DNA of 64,000 nucleotides from a bacterium (GCA_027482685.1 JAIXVU010000003.1:38065-102064); one strand, 5' to 3'. Shown: positions 10,641-19,194, counted from the first letter of the stretch. Notes: a model not told the origin generated them from the letters alone. Program-made: numbers and translations.

Positions 10641-10981
10641 TTATTCAATAACAATAGCACCAACATCTACTTTATTTTTTCTAAGCTCATTATCAAGAGC
10701 ATGTAGCTCTCTTTTAAGTATCTAATTTTTTCTCGCAACTTTTCAATAGTATTAAAAGTATGAGTACCAACCCCCTCTTTGTATTCATATTCCACGTTAC
10801 TAAGTTCTTAAAATCTTATTCGACTAAGCTTCTCCTTTGCAAGGTACGCTCGTGTGAGGGTATGTACTGTTTCAGGCGTGGTTTCTCCTACAAGACTTAG
10901 TCAGTGTGCGTAGGTGTGGTCGTCCCACCTCCCTTCCCTTTTGATAACTCCATCGCTAGGGTTTGGGTTAAATGGTGACAT
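10641..10981 (-). pseudogene. Disrupted hypothetical gene
   Basis: MSPFNPNPS...HTYAH*LSLVGETT...RIRF*ELSNVEYEY..., with in-frame stops and a frameshift; N-terminus resembles neighbour MPPFNPS. Confidence 0.5.
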
Positions 10982-10994
10982 GGTAGTTTACTGG

Positions 10995-11678
10995 CTAGGC
11001 TGCTTGTCTTTGTTCCTCCATCGAAGAATCATTTGCTGCGGATGTTATCGACTTAATATGACTTTGGTAGCCATCAATAACCTTTTGGAGGCAGGATATC
11101 TTTTCCTCTTTTATACGAAGATTATTCTGTAATTCCGTATCATTGTTAATATTACGATGCTGTTTCAATGTCTGTATACCAGATAGTAAACTATTTTTAT
11201 GAGTGTATAGCCTTTCCAGACTTTCTTCTGATCCGTTTTCTGCTTCTTTTCCAAGTTTTTCATAAATAGTACGAGCACCATCAATGTCTATACTATCGGA
11301 GATTGTATCTAGATCTTCAAGTTGTTCACTAGCGGTTTCCCATTCACTCGTATCAACTCCCTCTAGCTCCAATCCTTCTTGTATTCTCTTAAAGTGCTCA
11401 GTCTTAACCTTCCCAAGTAAGGTCTTTAGACTATATACGCTGTCAGGTTTAGTAACTTCCAGCTTATCAATAAGCATAGGCAGTGCTTCTTCTAAAAATT
11501 CAAGATAGTCTGTTTCTGTGTTTGCTGTATCTACAGATAGTAAAGCGTTAGCAACTCGTTCTGCTTCCGGGCCGAGCATCCTTTTAACAGTTTCGAGTGT
11601 AAGATTTTTTGGCTCAATACTTGTAGGTTGTGGTGCTGATGATGGATTAAATGGTGGCATATGATAAAAGTATATCAT
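10995..11678 (-). CDS. Hypothetical acidic helical protein
   Basis: 227-aa ORF; probable start at MPPFNPS. Confidence 0.7.
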   Translation of the reverse strand: MIYFYHMPPFNPSSAPQPTSIEPKNLTLETVKRMLGPEAERVANALLSVDTANTETDYLEFLEEALPMLIDKLEVTKPDSVYSLKTLLGKVKTEHFKRIQEGLELEGVDTSEWETASEQLEDLDTISDSIDIDGARTIYEKLGKEAENGSEESLERLYTHKNSLLSGIQTLKQHRNINNDTELQNNLRIKEEKISCLQKVIDGYQSHIKSITSAANDSSMEEQRQAA

Positions 11679-11748
11679 GCTCTCGTTTTAATCTTGAAAA
11701 GATAATTAACATTCACCCCTTTCCTTAAAACACTCTAGGAAATCTATC

Positions 11749-12208
11749 TGTGCGGCGTAAGAGAATCGGTCATTGCTTTGGTATTTTGTTTCATAACTTC
11801 GTTATTCACAAAACCCTCAAAGTTTTGACCTAATGAAAAATTGACAAAAATGAGCGGTAAAAACACTGCACCCAGTTTTTACAGCTCATTTCCGTAGACC
11901 AATTTTTCGTTCGATTCTCACACAATAATACTTGGGCATTATTGTTTTACTTCTTCAAATATAATAAAACCTGGCAAGAAGCCAGCTTTTGTTGTATCTG
12001 TGCGGCGTAAGAGACGCTTCGCTATCTCACTCGTCACTTCGTTCCTCTTTAGAAACTAACGGTTTCTAACATCCGTGCTTACACTCATTGTTTTCCTCCA
12101 CGGGAAGCTACCGTTTCCCAACCACTTTCCTGTTCGATTCTCTTACGCTGCATGAGTCAATCAAATTAAAAAAACTCTGAGAAATTTTCAGAGTTTTTTT
12201 AATTTTAG
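11749..12208. repeat. Array downstream of tRNA-Gly(TCC) with four alternating copies of the tRNA 3' end
   Basis: tgcggcgtaagaga at 11751 and 12001; ttcgattctc at 11910 and 12133. Confidence 0.85.
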
Positions 12209-12279
12209 TGCGGCGTAAGAGAATCGAACTCTTGTCTCCTGCTTGGAAGGCAGGCATTCTACCACTAAACCAACACCGC
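12209..12279 (-). tRNA. tRNA-Gly(TCC)
   Basis: Cloverleaf GCGGTGT...ACGCCGC-A; anticodon loop CTTCCAA; CCA not encoded. Confidence 0.95.
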
Positions 12280-12436
12280 TTGTAAAGACTATACTACTAT
12301 ATTTTGAAAATAATTTCTAGTATAAATGAAGTGATGAGGATTATAACCGACCAAGTTTATAATTTATGGCATGAAACAAATAATTCAAGTATTGGTATTA
12401 GTGCTATTAATAATGATTTTTAAGTAAATACAAAAT

Positions 12437-12627
12437 GTGCAGGGAATTTCTCCCACAAATCTTCTTTCGCCGCCGCTCAAAAAGTTCGCGGGCCGCTCCT
12501 CGTCCTCTCGCGTGCTCGCTCGGTAGTACTGCGGACTTTCGAATCCCTACGCACATGAAGCAGTTCATGTGCTGCAGTCCGACAAATACTGAAAAAGGCA
12601 ATCAAGGATTGCCTTTTTCAGTATTTG
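12437..12627. repeat. Element downstream of tRNA-Pro (type A core bracketed by Pro 3'-end copies)
   Basis: gtgcaggga at 12437; ttcgaatccct[insert]gcagtccga at 12538-12582; core shared with 13994-14122. Confidence 0.85.
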
Positions 12628-12700
12628 TCGGAGTGCAGGGATTCGAACCCTGAGTCTTTGGTACCCAAAACCAAAATGTTAGCCGTTACACCACACTCCG
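12628..12700 (-). tRNA. tRNA-Pro(TGG)
   Basis: CGGAGTG acceptor stem, anticodon loop TTTGGGT, GGTTCGAATCC T-arm. Confidence 0.95.
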
Positions 12701-12817
12701 TAATTGTTAACACACTTTAAAGCATCGTAGTTCTTACAGCAGTTACTTTGCTTTAAATGTTACCTCATACTATCATGTTTTTAAAAAAATGCATGTATGT
12801 AAAAGCAACAGACTCCC

Positions 12818-13207
12818 CTACTCCATATGAATATTAGGAATTATCTTTACCCTCCCCTCTTCCCTCTCTGTATCTAGGTATACACAAGCTAGATCGATTT
12901 GGAACTTTCCGTTAGCATATTTTTTATGATGATTAAGATATGTTTCAACACTTATTACAATTTTTCTCCATTTATCGCTAGTTAGATTATCCTCTGGTCG
13001 TATCGTAAGACTATCTAAACCATCAAATCCTCTAACTTTTATAGTTTTAACTTCAACAAATCGTATGATTGTGTCTTTTTCGGCAATAATGTCTAGTTCT
13101 CCGTACTTTGTAGCGTAATTTGTATCAATAATGGAAAAACCCTGTTTCATAAGAAACGTTCTAGCTAATTTCTCACCTATTTTACCGATCTCGTTATGTT
13201 CTGCCAT
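12818..13207 (-). CDS. yraN: YraN family PD-(D/E)XK endonuclease-like protein
   Basis: GKIGEKLA, GELDII, FVEVK motifs. Confidence 0.9.
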   Translation of the reverse strand: MAEHNEIGKIGEKLARTFLMKQGFSIIDTNYATKYGELDIIAEKDTIIRFVEVKTIKVRGFDGLDSLTIRPEDNLTSDKWRKIVISVETYLNHHKKYANGKFQIDLACVYLDTEREEGRVKIIPNIHME

Positions 13208-13228
13208 AATTATACACTATTTTTATAA

Positions 13229-13244
13229 CGTTTCACGTGAAACG
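13229..13244. promoter_or_regulatory. parS-like centromere site
   Basis: CGTTTCACGTGAAACG, a perfect palindrome matching the parS consensus core. Confidence 0.8.
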
Positions 13245-13526
13245 AATGTCCTATTGTCTTTTCTGTGTCTATAAGCGAATCCCCATAATAGCCTTATAGA
13301 ATAGCTGTTTTTAGTTAATATAGGAAATAACGGACTAAAATAATTGACTTTTGGAGTGTCTCTTATACCCACTACCCACAGGGTTATCCCCATTTCTGTC
13401 TATTAAGACTTTTACCACAATCTGCATCTGTAATATTGATAAAAGGAACCAAGAGGATCATGTCTATGAACAGTGTAGCCCTATTACTTCTCAATGTAAA
13501 ATCGTTGTGTTAGAATAGGGGACAAT

Positions 13527-13544
13527 GCGGTGTTGGTTTAGTGG
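13527..13544 (+). repeat. 18-bp copy of the tRNA-Gly 5' end
   Basis: gcggtgttggtttagtgg is identical to 13629-13646. Confidence 0.8.
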
Positions 13545-13628
13545 CCTTAGCCCGACCAATAGTCGTCAGGCGTACACGTTTGTATATATATTAGGACCAT
13601 ACATATTAACGTTACTCTATAATAATTT

Positions 13629-13699
13629 GCGGTGTTGGTTTAGTGGTAGAACACGTCCTTGCCAAGGATGAGACAGGAGTTCGATTCTCCTACGCCGCA
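13629..13699 (+). tRNA. tRNA-Gly(GCC)
   Basis: Cloverleaf with anticodon loop TTGCCAA; CCA not encoded. Confidence 0.95.
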
Positions 13700-13774
13700 C
13701 TAAAGTAAACCAAATTGATTGAGATAGCGAAGCGTCTCCCTGGCCTCACTACTCGTTTCTTGTGAAACAGGGGG

Positions 13775-14160
13775 TTCTGCCAGGATATTTGGTCACCAAA
13801 CATATGTTTTTATTTCATGAATACATTACATAAAAACATTGTTTCGCGACCCCGGGAAAAGCCGACAAGCACTCGCTCTGCTCGTCTTATATACCGGTTT
13901 TTCGTTCGAATCCTGACGAAAGTAGCTTTTGCTACTTTCTGCGGAATCACAAAAACTCCTCATTTTATTCGTCGTTTTTGTGCGTCCGCCAGGAATTTCT
14001 CCTACAAATCTTTTCTAGCCGTCGCTCGAAAAGTTCGCAGGCCGCTCCTCATTGTTTTGCTTGCTAGCAAAACATATTCCGGACTTTCGAATCCTGGCCG
14101 CACATGAAGCAGCTCATGTGCTCGGAAGCACAAAAATAAGCTCGTTTCACTTGTTATTTT
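13775..14160. repeat. Array downstream of tRNA-Arg (type B and type A cores bracketed by Arg 3'-end copies)
   Basis: ttctgccaggat at 13775; ttcgaatcctg[insert]gcggaatcac at 13905-13950; gtgcgtccgccagga at 13980; ttcgaatcctgg[insert]cggaagcac at 14086-14131. Confidence 0.85.
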
Positions 14161-14161
14161 G

Positions 14162-14233
14162 TGCTTCCGCCAGGATTCGAACCTGGAACAACGGTTTCGA
14201 AGACCGGTATGATATCCATTTCACTACGGAAGC
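14162..14233 (-). tRNA. tRNA-Arg(TCG)
   Basis: GCTTCCG/CGGAAGC acceptor stem; anticodon loop CTTCGAA. Confidence 0.92.
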
Positions 14234-14283
14234 ATTAGTTAATAGGGGATTCGCCCTACAATAGAGTTATACTATCATAAGAT

Positions 14284-15789
14284 ATGACAGAAATATATAC
14301 ACCAAAAGAAATAACAATACCAAAAGAAGTAATGATGGTCATTGCTGTGCTTCAAAATGCCAAATTCGAGGCGTTTCTTGTTGGTGGTTGTGTGCGTGAT
14401 ATCTTTATGAATGTTAAGCCAAAAGATTATGATATAACGACGAACGCCACCCCAGAAGAAATAATCGCTTTATTTCCAAAGACTTTTTATGAAAATAGCT
14501 ATGGCACTGTTGGCGTGGTGACATGTGGTGAAGATTTGGGAACTGTGTGTAGCGATGAAACAGTCAAAATAGTAGAGGTTACGCCATATCGTCTAGAAAG
14601 TATGTATTCTGATAATCGTCACCCAGATATAGTTTCATGGAGTACAAAGATAGAGGATGACCTTAAACGTCGAGATCTTACAGTAAATGCTATTGCGTAT
14701 AACCCGGTTACAGGCGAGGTGGTAGATCCGTTTCATGGGAAACAAGATATTACTGAAAAGATTATACGTGCAGTTGGGGATCCTAACATCCGTTTTGGTG
14801 AGGATGCGTTACGTCTTATGCGTGCAGTGCGACTTATGTCACAACTTGATTTTGATATTGATCCCGTTACACGTGAAAGTATTCGTAAAAACGCAGATTT
14901 ACTCAATAATGTTTCACGTGAAAGGATTCGGGAAGAGTTTATTAAGATTATAATGACAAAGTATCCAATGCGGGGGCTGGTTGTGATGAAAGAGCTTGGG
15001 TTATTGGACTCAGTTATTCCAGAACTTGAAAGGGGGATAGGGGTTATGCAGAATCAGGCACACAGATATGATGTTTGGGAACATAATTTACGAACATTAC
15101 AACATGCAGCTGATAAGGATTGGCCGTTACACGTTAGACTTTCTGCTATTTTCCATGATATTTCAAAGCCAGAAACAAGACGCTTTTCACGTGAAAAGGG
15201 GGATTATACGTTTTATGGACATGATGTTGTTGGTGGACGTGTTACACGTGAAATCATGACGCGGTTAAAGTTCCCTAAAGAGTTAATAGAAAAAGTCTCA
15301 ATGTTCGTGCGGTGGCATATGTTCTTTTCTGATACTGAACAGATTACATTATCTGCGGTGAGGCGATTAATAACCAACGTCGGTAAAGATAATATATGGG
15401 ATCTTATTGATTTACGTATCTGCGATCGTATAGGCACAGGGCGACCGAAAGAAGAACCTTATAGATTAAGGATGTATCAGTCGATGGTGGAACAGGCACT
15501 TAAAGACCCGATATCACTTAAAATGCTCAAAACTGATGGGAAACGGATCATGGACGTTACACAAGAAACGCCTGGACCAAAGATTGGGTATGTTTTGCAC
15601 GCGTTATTCGATGAAGTGCTTGAAAATCCTGAAAAAAATACTGTGGAATACCTTGATGAGCGTGCGGTGTTTCTCATGAAACTCTCAATTGACGAACTAC
15701 AAGCTCTCGGAGAAGCTGGAAAAGAGGAAATGGAGACAAAAAATGAAGAGCAGGTGAAGGATATCCGTAAACAGTTCAAGGTAAAATAG
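14284..15789 (+). CDS. cca: CCA-adding tRNA nucleotidyltransferase with HD domain
   Basis: VGGCVRD, DYD, RRDLTVNA, EDALRLMRAVR, FHDISK; the local tRNAs lack encoded CCA. Confidence 0.9.
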   Translation: MTEIYTPKEITIPKEVMMVIAVLQNAKFEAFLVGGCVRDIFMNVKPKDYDITTNATPEEIIALFPKTFYENSYGTVGVVTCGEDLGTVCSDETVKIVEVTPYRLESMYSDNRHPDIVSWSTKIEDDLKRRDLTVNAIAYNPVTGEVVDPFHGKQDITEKIIRAVGDPNIRFGEDALRLMRAVRLMSQLDFDIDPVTRESIRKNADLLNNVSRERIREEFIKIIMTKYPMRGLVVMKELGLLDSVIPELERGIGVMQNQAHRYDVWEHNLRTLQHAADKDWPLHVRLSAIFHDISKPETRRFSREKGDYTFYGHDVVGGRVTREIMTRLKFPKELIEKVSMFVRWHMFFSDTEQITLSAVRRLITNVGKDNIWDLIDLRICDRIGTGRPKEEPYRLRMYQSMVEQALKDPISLKMLKTDGKRIMDVTQETPGPKIGYVLHALFDEVLENPEKNTVEYLDERAVFLMKLSIDELQALGEAGKEEMETKNEEQVKDIRKQFKVK

Positions 15790-15946
15790 TAGTACTGAGA
15801 AATAAGGCTTTTATACAATGTCCTTTATAAAAGACATTGTAAAATATAGAATTTCACTTTTGTCCTTTATGAAGGACAAAAGTGAATAACCGTGTGAATT
15901 AGGTGTACACCTTTTTTCGCGCGCTCCGCTGTATACTGTAGACCTT

Positions 15947-17866
15947 ATGTCCATGTACTCCGTTACCAAAGAACTTCCATCTGTTGAAATTCTCAAAATT
16001 TTTGAAGATTTGGAACTTCATCCGCTTACTGCACAATTGCTACACCAGCGTGGCATAAAGTCAAAAGATGAAGCTAAACGATTCCTTAATCCATCATATG
16101 AAGAAGATATTAAAGATCCGTTTGAAATTCATGGTATGAAAGTTGCGGTTACAAGAATTGTAGATGCAATGAAACAAGGGGAGACGATAGCAATATATAG
16201 TGATTATGACTGTGATGGGATACCAGGCGGTGTACTACTGCGTACATTTTTCCAAGATATTGGATATCCACACATACTGATGTACGTGCCACATCGGCAT
16301 AACGAAGGCTATGGACTCCATAACCACGCGATTGATGCGCTTAAAGAGAAGGGGGTGACACTTATCATTACCGTTGACTTGGCGATTACAAATATTGAAG
16401 AGGTTGCATATGCGAAATCAGCTGGAGTGGACATCATTGTGACAGACCATCACCTGCCAATAACAAAAGAGATAGCAAAAAATATAAGGCAAAAAGCAAA
16501 AAAAGGGGATGGGGTGCACGACACCGTAGGTGTCGTGCAGGTGGTGCCAGATGCGGTTGCGGTGATAAATAGCAAACAAGATATATGCACGTATCATGAC
16601 GATATGTTGTGTGGATGTGCAGTTGCATGGAAACTTTCTTGCGCGCTTTTGTCAGCACTTCGTGATGAACAAAAAGCACAAGAAAGTTTCCATGCAGTTA
16701 CAAGTAAAAAGTTACACGTGAAAAGTAAAATACAGAACGCAGACAGTGAAGAATATAAAAAAGTTTTACATACTGTTGCAGAATTAAAACCAGGCTATGA
16801 AAAATGGTTGCTTGACCTTGTAGGTATATCGACTATCGCGGATATGGTGCCACTTGTAAAGGAGAATCGAGCACTTGTATATTTTGGTCTTAAGGTCCTT
16901 CGTCAGACTAAGCGTCATGGTCTACAGCATATCTTTCGCAACCAAGGTGTGGCACTACAACATATAACAGAGGATGATATTGCTTTTACGATTGCACCGC
17001 GCATTAATGCAGCATCTCGCATGGGGGATCCGATACAAGCGCATCATATGCTCTTTGAAAAAAACAGCATACAAGCACAGAAGTATGTAGAGGATTTAGA
17101 AATCCTTAATACAGAACGTAAAGCCGGAGTAAAAGATATTCTTTCTACAATTTCATTTGATCATGCGGTGTACCAAAATGATGTGATCGTTGTTGGAGAT
17201 ATGTCATGGGGACCAGGGATACTCGGGTTAATTGCGCAGAATATTATTGATGAGACAGGGAAGCCAACTTTTGTATGGGGACAAGGGGAGGACAAAAATA
17301 CCGTGAAAGGGTCTTGTCGCTCACGAGGGGATATATCTGTGGTTGAACTTATGGCACGCACACAAGAATCATTCCCTGGTGTCATCACTCATGCTGGAGG
17401 ACATGAGCAGGCGGGAGGTTTTTCTTGTGCTGTTACTAGAATAGGTGAGTTATCTTATGCGCTTAATCAATCGCGTAGTCATGTGATACAGAAAGAGGTG
17501 GTGTCAGAAGATTTGGTAGCGCATGCACACCTCACGCTTTTTGATGTTGATTATACGACGTATCAAGCTATTGAGGTTCTTGCGCCGTTTGGTGTAGGTA
17601 ATCCAAAACCACTCTTTGCGTTTAGTAATGTCAGGCCTTCATCTGTGAGATGGTTTGGTAAAAAAGGTGAGCATTTAGAAATAGTGTACCCTAGGCAGTC
17701 CGCTACCGGAGGTACTGTCTCGGGTGAAGTGAAGTCGATAATGTTTTTTGCACCAAAAGAATTAGAGGAAAAAGCAAAACGTGAACATACGCTCCTTGCA
17801 CATTTTGAAAAGTCAGTGTTTAGAGGAAAGGTAGAACTACGGTTACGTATTAGAGAAATCATCTAG
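15947..17866 (+). CDS. recJ: ssDNA-specific exonuclease RecJ
   Basis: DYDCDG, TDHH, PRINAASR, GGH and APFGVGNPKP motifs. Confidence 0.95.
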   Translation: MSMYSVTKELPSVEILKIFEDLELHPLTAQLLHQRGIKSKDEAKRFLNPSYEEDIKDPFEIHGMKVAVTRIVDAMKQGETIAIYSDYDCDGIPGGVLLRTFFQDIGYPHILMYVPHRHNEGYGLHNHAIDALKEKGVTLIITVDLAITNIEEVAYAKSAGVDIIVTDHHLPITKEIAKNIRQKAKKGDGVHDTVGVVQVVPDAVAVINSKQDICTYHDDMLCGCAVAWKLSCALLSALRDEQKAQESFHAVTSKKLHVKSKIQNADSEEYKKVLHTVAELKPGYEKWLLDLVGISTIADMVPLVKENRALVYFGLKVLRQTKRHGLQHIFRNQGVALQHITEDDIAFTIAPRINAASRMGDPIQAHHMLFEKNSIQAQKYVEDLEILNTERKAGVKDILSTISFDHAVYQNDVIVVGDMSWGPGILGLIAQNIIDETGKPTFVWGQGEDKNTVKGSCRSRGDISVVELMARTQESFPGVITHAGGHEQAGGFSCAVTRIGELSYALNQSRSHVIQKEVVSEDLVAHAHLTLFDVDYTTYQAIEVLAPFGVGNPKPLFAFSNVRPSSVRWFGKKGEHLEIVYPRQSATGGTVSGEVKSIMFFAPKELEEKAKREHTLLAHFEKSVFRGKVELRLRIREII

Positions 17867-17957
17867 CGTGTACAATATAGATGAAGACAGCACCTGAGTC
17901 AGGTAGCACAAAAAGAAAAAGCGGTGCCGTCAGGCACCGCCTCCATCGCCCTTTGTG

Positions 17958-18374
17958 TCACTTCAGGCAGATCTTGAGGTTTGCAGCAACTCTTTTTATT
18001 ACCTCATCCGTATCCCACCTGAAGAGACTGATGAGAAGCCCTCCTAGTATTGGCGCCCCAAGAAAGTAGGCTCCATAGAGTGATTCAGTCACTGAGAGAT
18101 GTGTTATCACCCTGCTCTTGAACTCCTCACTTGCCTCCTTAGAGATGGGTTCATGGCGTGCTACGAACTCTCTGAATCCGTGGGGGATAGTAGTCTTGGT
18201 CACTTGCCCCTTCATGGGAGTGAGCTCAGGGCAGAGCAGTTGTCGTGCCACCGTATCGTTTGCAGACACCGCCATGCGCGGCGACTGTTCGGCCGCCTTG
18301 ACTTCCGTGATGGAGGTGAAGAGGACGAGCAGGAAGATGATCGCACCCTCTAGGATTCGGCGAGAGCCTCTCAT
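17958..18374 (-). CDS. Hypothetical exported/membrane protein, GC-rich
   Basis: Signal peptide, C-terminal TM helix, AAGGAG SD, promoter TTGACA-N17-TATGAT at 18456-18428. Confidence 0.65.
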   Translation of the reverse strand: MRGSRRILEGAIIFLLVLFTSITEVKAAEQSPRMAVSANDTVARQLLCPELTPMKGQVTKTTIPHGFREFVARHEPISKEASEEFKSRVITHLSVTESLYGAYFLGAPILGGLLISLFRWDTDEVIKRVAANLKICLK

Positions 18375-18583
18375 TTTTTCTCCTTCGAAAAAGGTTGGTG
18401 GATGAAACCGCGAAAAGAGCAGCTCATATCATATAACAAATTTATTATTCTGTCAACTTTTATGAAGTATGATTATGTGTAGTGTAGATTTTAAACAGAT
18501 ACTCATTTTTGAGAACGGTAACATGGTTATAATTATGAATTTATTATTAGATTCAAAATCTGTCCGAGTGTTACACTCGGTAG

Positions 18584-19135
18584 ATGGAACTAGAGATACA
18601 ATACAGAGTGAGTACGAGAGCGAAGCGGTTGCGGGTGGCGGTACATCATGATGGAAGAGTGGTGGTGACGAAGCCACAAAAGATGAGTGTAAAAATTGCA
18701 GAGCAATTTTTACACAACAAGTACAGATGGATAGAAGAGAAAGTTGCATACTTCATAAAGAGGAAGGAGCGAGTATTACGAGAAACACCGCAGGTGTTTC
18801 TCGTGGGAACATACGAAGAGTACAAAGAGCAAGCGAGAGCGCTCGTGCATGCGAGATTGCAACATTATAATGAGATGTACAATTTCACCTATCATGCGGT
18901 TGCAATACGTAATCAGAAATCCAGGTGGGGTAGTTGCTCAAAGAAGGGGAACTTGAATTTTAGTTACAAACTCGCACTACTCCCACCACATCTTGCTGAC
19001 TATATTATTGTGCATGAGCTCTGTCATCTCAGGGAGTTTAATCACTCGGCACAATTTTGGCAGTTGGTAGCGTATGCGATACCAGAATATAAAAAGATGA
19101 GGAAGGAGTTAAGAGGGATAGCGCTTAGGAATTAG
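18584..19135 (+). CDS. YgjP/DUF45 (SprT-like) zinc metallopeptidase-fold protein
   Basis: SRWGSCS, HELCH, NHSAQFW. Confidence 0.9.
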   Translation: MELEIQYRVSTRAKRLRVAVHHDGRVVVTKPQKMSVKIAEQFLHNKYRWIEEKVAYFIKRKERVLRETPQVFLVGTYEEYKEQARALVHARLQHYNEMYNFTYHAVAIRNQKSRWGSCSKKGNLNFSYKLALLPPHLADYIIVHELCHLREFNHSAQFWQLVAYAIPEYKKMRKELRGIALRN

Positions 19136-19169
19136 TTTAATGGTTAATAGTTAATAGTGGGGATACATG

Positions 19170-19192
19170 AAGGGGCGCCGTAGGCGCCCCTT
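19170..19192. terminator. REP-like palindrome / terminator
   Basis: aaggggcgcc-gta-ggcgcccctt between convergent genes. Confidence 0.7.
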
Positions 19193-19194
19193 AT

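Noticed and set aside
10900-10905. TGA recoding (genetic code 25)
   Set aside because: The same broken frame also has TAA stops and a frameshift, and core genes have no in-frame TGA.
10811-10995. Possible structured RNA (gactaag/cttagtc stem, GNRA-like loops)
   Set aside because: Better explained as a decayed minus-strand coding region with a continuous protein-like frame.
11751-12152. Extra or intron-containing tRNA genes
   Set aside because: Only T-arm/acceptor 3' fragments are present; no D-arm or anticodon arm can be assembled.
11749-14160. CRISPR array or prophage attL/attR interpretation of the tRNA-adjacent repeats
   Set aside because: Repeats are tRNA-derived, alternate in orientation and have irregular structured spacers; no cas, integrase or phage genes are nearby.
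12407-14264. Short ORFs 12407-12601, 12435-12653, 13817-14107 and 14052-14264
   Set aside because: They overlap tRNAs and repeat cores; their mutual similarity comes from the DNA repeat.
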